Below are positions 8,088-14,791 of a DNA stretch of 64,000 nucleotides, in pieces (the first letter of the stretch is position 1; each line of letters opens with the position of its first letter). This DNA comes from an uncultured Clostridia bacterium (GTDB taxonomy: Bacteria; Bacillota; Clostridia; Christensenellales; CAG-917), in contig CASDRL010000068.1 of NCBI GenBank assembly GCA_949283145.1, positions 1,445-65,444 on the forward strand, given 5' to 3'. A program made the translations under genes and the position numbers. The notes below the pieces were generated by a model. The model worked only from the letters and a program-made list of their open reading frames with translations. It was not told where the DNA came from and did no database searches.

Positions 8088-9443
8088 ATGGAAGGCACGG
8101 CATATTTGACGAGAGGTGATGTTCTAAGACGAGCACAAGATATCATCGGCATCCCACTGAAGGACATCGACAAAACGGGGCGGCTTGCTTCCGGCAAGGG
8201 TGCGATAGGCACAGTCATCGAAGAAAATTGGTTCGGTTATTCTCCCAATTCAGAATCGGAGCCTGATTTCCCCGAGGCAGGGGTAGAGCTTAAGGTCACG
8301 CCCTATGTCCATGGGAAAGGTGGGATCCGAGCGAAAGAGAGATTGGTTTGCAATATCATCAATTACATGGAAGAATACGACCGCACTTTTCACACAAGCT
8401 CATTTTGGCATAAGTGCAGCACCATATTGCTGATGTCATATGAGCATCGTGATGATGTCCCCAAAGGCGATCTTAGCATAGATAAAGCCATCCTGTTCAG
8501 TTTTCCGGAAGAGGACCTGCGCATCATAGAACACGATTGGGAAACGATCATCACAAAAGTGCGCAAAGGTCTGGCTCACGAAATAACGGAAGGCGACACA
8601 TTATATTTGGCGGCTTGTACAAAAGGAGCAAATGCCGCAAGCGTGCGCAAGCAGCCATTTTCCGATATCCCGGCAAAGCAAAGAGCCTATTCGCTCAAAT
8701 CATCTTACATGACGCAGATATTACAAAGGTATATCTTTGGGATGGAAGAAAACGAACGGATAGTGAAAGATTGGCATGTGTTAGCAAGGACTTCATTTGA
8801 AGGATACTTGATCGCCAAGCTCTCTCCGTATTATGGAAAAACACAAGAAGAGTTGATGACATCATTTGGCGTGACAAAGAAGCCAAAAAACATAAATGAT
8901 ATCTTGTTGGGTAAGATGCTCGGCATCCATGGCAGGATCGCACAAACGGACGAATTCAAAAAAGCAAGCATCGTCCCTAAAACGATCCGCGTTCGTCGCG
9001 ACGGGACGATCAAGGAGTGCATGTCTTTTCCGCCATTTGACTTTATCAAGCTGAGTCAAGAAACGGAATGGGAGTCGTCGGAACTTTATAATTACCTTGC
9101 TCCTACCAAATTCTTGTTTGTGATATTTCAAGAAAACGAGGAAGGGAAATTAGTGTTCGACCGAGTCAGATTCTGGAATATCCCGAGTCGCGATCTTGAC
9201 GAAGTGGAGCGTGTTTGGCGCAAGACAAGAGATACGATCCAAAGAGGTGTCGTTTTGCAGGAAACGAAACAAGGGGTAAGGAACGATCTTCCGAAAGCAA
9301 GTGAAAGCCATGTCGCTCATGTCCGTCCGCACGCGAAAGATGGCAAGGATCGTGCGCCGTTACCCGATGGTCGTATGATGACGAAGCAATGCTTTTGGTT
9401 GAATAATTCATACATCGCCGAACAATTGAAAAGGCTCAACTGA
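8088..9443 (+). CDS. Type II restriction endonuclease, Sau3AI/MutH-like (probable GATC specificity)
   Basis: 451 aa. The N-terminal MutH/Sau3AI-type block is GKGAIGTVIEENWFG...EPDFPEAGVELKVTP...KERLVCNIINY. The blocks AKQRAYSLKSSYMTQILQRY and FWLNNSYIAEQL match my recollection of Sau3AI. AAGGAGGA RBS. Confidence 0.75.
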   Translation: MEGTAYLTRGDVLRRAQDIIGIPLKDIDKTGRLASGKGAIGTVIEENWFGYSPNSESEPDFPEAGVELKVTPYVHGKGGIRAKERLVCNIINYMEEYDRTFHTSSFWHKCSTILLMSYEHRDDVPKGDLSIDKAILFSFPEEDLRIIEHDWETIITKVRKGLAHEITEGDTLYLAACTKGANAASVRKQPFSDIPAKQRAYSLKSSYMTQILQRYIFGMEENERIVKDWHVLARTSFEGYLIAKLSPYYGKTQEELMTSFGVTKKPKNINDILLGKMLGIHGRIAQTDEFKKASIVPKTIRVRRDGTIKECMSFPPFDFIKLSQETEWESSELYNYLAPTKFLFVIFQENEEGKLVFDRVRFWNIPSRDLDEVERVWRKTRDTIQRGVVLQETKQGVRNDLPKASESHVAHVRPHAKDGKDRAPLPDGRMMTKQCFWLNNSYIAEQLKRLN

Positions 9444-9444
9444 T

Positions 9445-9876
9445 ATGCAACATCCAAGGTCATACGATTCGACGCCGGAGATCCGCGAGCGGATGTCTAA
9501 GGTGAGCTTAAAGAACGGCAAGGCGGAAACGCTTCTTGCGAAACGGCTTTGGGGCTTGGGATATCGATATCGTAAAAATTATAAAAAGCTTCCCGGCTCG
9601 CCTGATATCGCCATCACCAAGTTTAAGATAGTCATATTCGTGGACGGCGAGTTTTGGCATGGGAAGGACTGGGAAAATCGAAAAGCGCGTCTTAAACACA
9701 ACCGCGAGTATTGGATCGAGAAGATAGAAGAGAACATTGCCCGGGACAAGCGTGTCGATATGGCTCTTTCGCAAATGGGATGGACTCCCGTACACTTTTG
9801 GGAAAAGGATGTCCTTAAAAATACTGAAGAGTGCGTTCGGCTGATAGTTGATATGTTGGACGGAGGCAGGACATGA
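9445..9876 (+). CDS. vsr: Very short patch repair endonuclease
   Basis: 143 aa. TPEIRERMSKV...E..LAKRLWGLGYRYRKNYKKLPGSPDIA...IFVDGEFWHG is the Vsr signature. The start lies 1 nt after the REase stop. Confidence 0.9.
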   Translation: MQHPRSYDSTPEIRERMSKVSLKNGKAETLLAKRLWGLGYRYRKNYKKLPGSPDIAITKFKIVIFVDGEFWHGKDWENRKARLKHNREYWIEKIEENIARDKRVDMALSQMGWTPVHFWEKDVLKNTEECVRLIVDMLDGGRT

Positions 9877-11108
9877 ACGACATCCGAGTCGTAGAGTTGT
9901 TCGCAGGCGTCGGCGGTTTCAGGCTTGGATTAGAGGCTGCCTCCGAACACTTTAAGGTGATATGGGCGGATCAGTGGGAACCATATCAGAAGGAGCAATA
10001 TGCTTTTTCTTGCTATACCCAACATTTTGGGGCAGGCGCGGAGCATGTATGTGCCGACATAGCAAAGGCCAAGGATAAAGTGCCCGAGCACGACCTTTTG
10101 GTCGGAGGTTTTCCTTGTCAAGACTATTCCATTTTGAAAAAAGGCGCAAAGGGTATCGAGGGGCATAAAGGCAGGCTTTGGTGGGAAGTCGATGAGATAT
10201 TGCAGGAAAAGCGACCCAAATATGTCATCCTAGAAAATGTCGATCGCCTTATTCGCTCCCCGGCACAACAGAAAGGGAGAGATTTTTCTATTATACTGCG
10301 TTGTTTTTATGAAAAGGGTTATGCAGTAGAGTGGCGTGTCATAAATGCCGCCGAATATGGTTGCGCTCAGCGTCGTCGTCGCACATTTATCGTTGCATAC
10401 CACAATAGCACGCCGTTTTATCAAAAGCTGGCGGAAGAGGTGTGTAAACGATGGTTGAAGACCATGCACCGATATATCATAGCTGACGGCATTATGGCGC
10501 AGGCATTCCCGGTCGCAAGTTTTAGGGAAGAGTTCGTAGATCAGTGGATAGACGAGTTGATATTCACATCTGTTCAGGATGTTTCAGAAAGGCAGCGAGT
10601 CTATCTGTATGATGCCGGGATAATGATCAATGGCAGAGTTTATTCTGTCAGCGTTGAGCCAAAACGAACGCCATCCATACCGCTAAGAGATGTTTTAGAA
10701 AAGGTGGGGGTAGACGAACATCACTTTATCAAGGAAGACGAACTGCCGCTATGGACATATAAAAAGGGAGCGAAGTGCGAGCCGCGAAGACGAGCAGATG
10801 GCTCCGAATATATCTTTTCAGAGGGCGCGATGGCTTTTCCCGACTCCTTAAACAAGCCGTCACGAACGCTCATAACATCGGAAACGAAACTTTCGCGAAC
10901 ATCTCATGTCGTGCAAGACCATTTGACAGGACGGTTGCGCACTTTGACACCGATCGAATGCGAACGCTTGAATGGCTTCCCTGACGATTGGACTGTAGGC
11001 ATGCCCGAAAAAATGCGCTACTTTTGCATGGGCAACGCGCTTGTCGTCCCGTTGGTGACCATGATAGGCAACGCTTTGATCTCATGCATACGCCATGATC
11101 AGAAATAA
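9873..11108 (+). CDS. DNA (cytosine-5)-methyltransferase, copy 2 (paralog of copy 1)
   Basis: 411 aa with an ATGA overlap with vsr. Motifs present: VELFAGVGGFRLGL, GGFPCQDYS, ENV, QRRRR and GNALVVP. It is colinear with copy 1 through the variable region (YKKGAK..SEYIFSEGAMAFPD, RTLITSETKLSRTSHVV). Confidence 0.9.
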   Translation: MNDIRVVELFAGVGGFRLGLEAASEHFKVIWADQWEPYQKEQYAFSCYTQHFGAGAEHVCADIAKAKDKVPEHDLLVGGFPCQDYSILKKGAKGIEGHKGRLWWEVDEILQEKRPKYVILENVDRLIRSPAQQKGRDFSIILRCFYEKGYAVEWRVINAAEYGCAQRRRRTFIVAYHNSTPFYQKLAEEVCKRWLKTMHRYIIADGIMAQAFPVASFREEFVDQWIDELIFTSVQDVSERQRVYLYDAGIMINGRVYSVSVEPKRTPSIPLRDVLEKVGVDEHHFIKEDELPLWTYKKGAKCEPRRRADGSEYIFSEGAMAFPDSLNKPSRTLITSETKLSRTSHVVQDHLTGRLRTLTPIECERLNGFPDDWTVGMPEKMRYFCMGNALVVPLVTMIGNALISCIRHDQK

Positions 11109-11130
11109 CCAACGAAAGGGAGCGCGTTAG

Positions 11131-12249
11131 GTGGATAAAGTAAAATTGATTTTAGATACATCACTGATTTACGACTTGATAGGCTTTGGTGAGAAGTCTA
11201 TCATGAAACCATACATAAATTACGATGAAATACGAAAAGAGCCGCTTTTTATCCCGACATATGCGGTGTTTGAATTTTTAAACAATCAACGGTTTTGTCA
11301 GAATTTTTCATATAATTATAAGAAAGTGAAGACTCTTGGCAAGATAATAGACTCACTTGATCTTGATGAAACTATCAAAGATGAGGAGATCATATGTTTG
11401 GAAGAGTTGCAAGAAAAAGAGCGTGAACGAGTGAAAACAGAACTTATAAAAAGAATATCGAAGTTATATGCGCATTATTTGACAAGTATATTCGCCGCAT
11501 TTCTTGCTGAAGAAGCAGATTTACTATCACGCGCCGATAAGCAACAAGGGAAGGACAAATATAAACATGATATTAGCATGATGTGCAAAGGGCTTGTTGA
11601 AAAGCGAGAATCTTTGATCGCTGATTTCCTGCTTCAAAAAATCGGAGAGGGCAACACTAACAAAAAAGTGATATATGATTTGGCATATTCTTGTTTGGAA
11701 CAGGATATGATCATATCCTATTTTTGTCTTGCAACATTTACATCGGCACAAACTTCGCAGAGCGCACTGTGTTCTGATTTCTTACAAGCAGTACAAAAAC
11801 AGCTTAACAATTTTCCGCCGGGATCCAAAGCTACTCCGAATGGAGATAATAACTTTTTTAAAATATTATTCGATTCTGTTGTTGCTCAATTATATTCTTT
11901 TTCAAGGGAGATGGATTGCTCAATCACACTTGAAAAGTGCCAAGATATGGAGTTTCGTCGTTTATCTAGACGATTAGCTTATGTGGACGATCCTGGCATA
12001 ATTGCATCCTACCTGAATGATTGGCTGCAAACCGTTGTCGGATTGAACAATAGACCACAAAAATACACGAGCATTCGAAATGATATCATTGATATGGCAA
12101 TAGCAATGATGCAAGCTCCAGCGGAATATCCTGGCCGCTCACTTCCGCTTTCATCAGATAAAGGGTTCCTAAGGCGTGTTGTACCCTATGATCACAATTA
12201 TACAAGGTTCGTCAACATTGCATTACTTGATACAAAGTGGCACCCATAA
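11131..12249 (+). CDS. Uncharacterised protein, possible split PIN-like nuclease
   Basis: 372 aa with a GTG start 22 nt after MTase copy 2 and RBS AAAGGGAG. The N-terminal KLILDTSLIYDLIG resembles PIN strand 1, and the C-terminal RNDIIDMAIAMM resembles the late PIN acidic motif. I recognise no other family. Confidence 0.6.
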   Translation: MDKVKLILDTSLIYDLIGFGEKSIMKPYINYDEIRKEPLFIPTYAVFEFLNNQRFCQNFSYNYKKVKTLGKIIDSLDLDETIKDEEIICLEELQEKERERVKTELIKRISKLYAHYLTSIFAAFLAEEADLLSRADKQQGKDKYKHDISMMCKGLVEKRESLIADFLLQKIGEGNTNKKVIYDLAYSCLEQDMIISYFCLATFTSAQTSQSALCSDFLQAVQKQLNNFPPGSKATPNGDNNFFKILFDSVVAQLYSFSREMDCSITLEKCQDMEFRRLSRRLAYVDDPGIIASYLNDWLQTVVGLNNRPQKYTSIRNDIIDMAIAMMQAPAEYPGRSLPLSSDKGFLRRVVPYDHNYTRFVNIALLDTKWHP

Positions 12250-12372
12250 GCAGATACCTTATAACATTTTATCCCACAATTTTCTGATTCAGCATGCTAG
12301 CGAGGATGACTTATCAAAATATGTTCGACGGCGAGTAAATAAGGAAGATTGGGTTAAACTGTAAACAAGCGC

Positions 12373-12401
12373 TTGAAAGACTTTTCGGTGTATGCTATCA
12401 T
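12373..12401 (+). promoter_or_regulatory. Putative sigma70-type promoter of the 145/386-aa gene pair
   Basis: TTGAAA, 17-nt spacer, TATCAT. It lies about 40 nt upstream of ATG 12444. Confidence 0.45.
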
Positions 12402-12443
12402 AATTTTAAAGTCTACTGCGCCTGATGTGTGAGATGTATTGTT

Positions 12444-12881
12444 ATGAAAATTGGCGATATAATGACTCCGAAGTGTCACGATATACCAAAAGAATTTTGG
12501 TATCCTGTCAATTCAGAATCGCGTGAAGTGTTGGTTTATCGATTAACAAAATTGTCTAATGATATATCAGATGAGGACTTCCTATCAAATTACGAAATAG
12601 ATAAAAGCAGAGGAACTATTATGGCGGGAAACCTAGGTGATGATAGATATTATGGCCTTTCGGTTTTAGAGGATAAGTCAGATGCGGAAGTTCTGCTCAA
12701 AAAAATAGCTGCAAAAAGAAATCTGAAAGGGATCGCATGCGGCAAAACGCGTGTGACTGATGGGGTCATAAGGCAAACGCCCTCATTAACATTGCCGTCT
12801 CACATTACATGGTGGCTCTTTGAAGGCGCGGCACCTGAAACATATTTTACTTCGATACAGGATGGGGAAGACAATGAATGA
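12444..12881 (+). CDS. Uncharacterised protein (145 aa)
   Basis: An AT-rich ORF with coding-like composition. Its stop overlaps the start of the next gene by 8 nt. I recognise no family. The start is uncertain (GTG 12429, ATG 12444 or ATG 12462). Confidence 0.55.
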   Translation: MKIGDIMTPKCHDIPKEFWYPVNSESREVLVYRLTKLSNDISDEDFLSNYEIDKSRGTIMAGNLGDDRYYGLSVLEDKSDAEVLLKKIAAKRNLKGIACGKTRVTDGVIRQTPSLTLPSHITWWLFEGAAPETYFTSIQDGEDNE

Positions 12882-14034
12882 AAATTCTTTCGTGTGTAGC
12901 CCCAGATATGGGGAGCTATATTATGATGAAATCTTTTTGTATTATGACGGTCCATGCCTGTTTTCGCTACGAAACATTTTGGGCTATCGCTTTATAGCAA
13001 TTTTAGAACGCGAAGATTCGGCGCGTTCAAGGTATGTTATTGCCCCGGTATCGGTGGCAAGGTATAAAGCGTTTGTGGAAAATAGATATTCAATCAGGCA
13101 TGTTTTTACCAAATCAGAAATGGGGGGCGTTTTCGCGGCAGAATTCAATCAGCATGGAGCGCACTTGTATGATATCGCAGCTGATGAATTGGAGAATTTA
13201 AATTTACCAGATGATGCAGAAATGTTAGAATATAATGGTAGCTACTTAAGAAATGAAATTGTATACAATGCATCAGAATTTAATGTGCCTATCATTCAGA
13301 AATCGCTTGAAAAACATGGCGAACACAGACAGTATATTTTTGCAAGAGAATTTGCGAGAGAAAGCGAGGGATTCCAAAGGATATTTGATGGAATAGCAAA
13401 AGATGCTATACAGGCTATCCCTGAAGACAAATGCACACCGAAAATAAAAAAGCGAATAAAAGAATCTTGTCAGATCCCTTTAATGAAAACATATGCCGCT
13501 TCTTTTGGAGTTCAAATAGAAGGAATTGAGTTCGCATCATTAGGGGAGGATGAGTCGGATTTTTGTAAGCACATCGCGACATATTTTGCTCTGTTGGAGA
13601 TGGGAGATTCTGCAAATGATGACTTTTACGCCCAACACAAGCATGCAATCGTAGCTTTAAGAAAATACTATAAAACCTTGCTGTCATTGGGTTTCGATGT
13701 TAAATTGCAGGCGGCAACTCCAGCGCATAAATATTACAAGAGCTATTTACAAAAAGCCACAATACTTGAAAGGTATCAATATTTGAATGGCATTATCGGA
13801 ATCGATACCGAGCAATTAACATTGGTAGGAACTTGGTCGGAGATAAATATTGATAATAAAACATTTAAGTTCAAATGCAAATCAGGAGAAATGGTCGCGG
13901 GTTCTTTCGATGAGGATTTCGATGAATCCATATTTGATTTTGAAAGCGAGATAAGCGTCATCGTGGATAAGGCAATTTCAGTAGCGCGAGCAGGTGATGA
14001 ATCTGAGAAGTACACATTGTTGTCAATAGTTTAA
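12874..14034 (+). CDS. Uncharacterised protein (386 aa)
   Basis: ATG 12874 is preceded by GGGGAAG and overlaps the upstream gene, implying translational coupling. No recognisable catalytic motif or P-loop. The track start at 12820 was rejected. Confidence 0.65.
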   Translation: MNENSFVCSPRYGELYYDEIFLYYDGPCLFSLRNILGYRFIAILEREDSARSRYVIAPVSVARYKAFVENRYSIRHVFTKSEMGGVFAAEFNQHGAHLYDIAADELENLNLPDDAEMLEYNGSYLRNEIVYNASEFNVPIIQKSLEKHGEHRQYIFAREFARESEGFQRIFDGIAKDAIQAIPEDKCTPKIKKRIKESCQIPLMKTYAASFGVQIEGIEFASLGEDESDFCKHIATYFALLEMGDSANDDFYAQHKHAIVALRKYYKTLLSLGFDVKLQAATPAHKYYKSYLQKATILERYQYLNGIIGIDTEQLTLVGTWSEINIDNKTFKFKCKSGEMVAGSFDEDFDESIFDFESEISVIVDKAISVARAGDESEKYTLLSIV

Positions 14035-14162
14035 TATGGTGACAAGATTATAAATTCTGATGACATTCGCTATCGTATCAAATACAGCAAATGCAGAGAT
14101 GTTTCCATTTGGTCAATTTTAAATGCAATGATTGAGAATGCATTCGTTTTAGGTTATTGTCA

Positions 14163-14220
14163 TTCCCACAGCATAGCAAAAGGGACGGCGCTTGCCGTCC
14201 CTTTTGCTATGCTGTGGGAA
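14163..14220. repeat. Perfect 27-bp inverted repeat (hairpin, 4-nt loop)
   Basis: ttcccacagcatagcaaaagggacggc gctt gccgtcccttttgctatgctgtgggaa. It lies at the start of a GC-rich non-coding block inside the AT-rich island. No T-run follows. Confidence 0.85.
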
Positions 14221-14385
14221 CATCCGCTGGCGAGAACCTCGCGCGTCCGAGACATACGGGCGGGGCGCATGTTCTCATTCCATTGTGCGTGAAAGAGTTT
14301 CTTCGCGCACAGGTTCGGCGACTTGCAGACGGTAGCAGGGCAGAGGAAAAACATCCATGCAAGACGCTTTCGCAGTTGGGCGAAT

Positions 14386-14402
14386 GTCCTGTTGTCCCAC
14401 CA
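14386..14402 (+). repeat. Remnant copy of the tRNA-Val 3' end (internal att-like site)
   Basis: gtcctgttgtcccacca compared with tRNA 4156-4173 gtcctgttgtccccacca, a difference of one C deletion. The upstream sequence does not fold into a tRNA. Confidence 0.6.
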
Positions 14403-14403
14403 A

Positions 14404-14476
14404 ACGGGAACTATCCGGACACCACTATTACAGAACAGTGGGGGCGGGTAGTTTTTTTTATTGCCGCCGAAGGAAT
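14404..14476 (+). repeat. Imperfect direct repeat, copy 1 (IS200/IS605-type end remnant?)
   Basis: The first 40 nt match 16849-16888 at 36/40 positions (acgggaRctatccg..ccactattacNgaacagtgggg). Both copies end in cgccgaaggaat. Further patchy similarity downstream (cagtcctNgcgg). Confidence 0.7.
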
Positions 14477-14723
14477 AGGATTACCGTATAAAAGCCAAGC
14501 AAATCAAATTGTCCTAATCGCCCCTCAATTAATCTATGGTGATTATTTAAAAGCAAACAACAGTCCTGGCGGCAACCACAGCTTCCGAACACACTATTTT
14601 CGTTTATTATATCTCTATTGGAAAATCCGATCAACTATCGGAGATTTCAAATGATAAATCGTTAGTAATCTTTAACTCCCAAGTCAATCTTCTCATAATG
14701 ACGATCATATGTATTGCAGACTA

Positions 14724-14752
14724 TTGATTTCCTTACCAAAATGCAGTATAAT
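14724..14752 (+). promoter_or_regulatory. Putative sigma70-type promoter of the 658-aa gene
   Basis: TTGATT, 17-nt spacer, consensus TATAAT. It lies 40 nt upstream of ATG 14792. Confidence 0.55.
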
Positions 14753-14791
14753 ATATTCAAATAGCTATTAAGAAAAATTTGGTGAATACTA

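Noticed and set aside
12176-12364. A 62-aa ORF bridging the end of the 372-aa gene and the following intergenic region, plus numerous other 60-120-aa ORFs nested in or antisense to annotated genes throughout the track.
   Set aside because: They overlap stronger ORFs in other frames, lack an RBS or start context, and show no family resemblance.
14320-14402. A possible second, complete tRNA or tmRNA-like gene ending in ...gtcccacca.
   Set aside because: Only the 3' 17 nt match tRNA-Val. The upstream sequence provides no complementary 5' acceptor strand (gggacaa) and no GTTCGA T-loop, so no cloverleaf can be drawn.
14163-14403. The idea that the long hairpin plus structured block is a retron msr/msd or another RT-templated ncRNA.
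   Set aside because: No reverse transcriptase is nearby. The adjacent 658-aa protein has no YxDD-type motif, and I could not identify flanking a1/a2 repeats.
14157-14654. A 165-aa ORF (+) and the 14160-14354 ORF (-) in the GC-rich block.
   Set aside because: The TTG start lies inside a perfect 27-bp hairpin. The ORF crosses the tRNA remnant and the repeat unit. The peptide has no family resemblance and shifts abruptly in composition. The region is better explained as non-coding.
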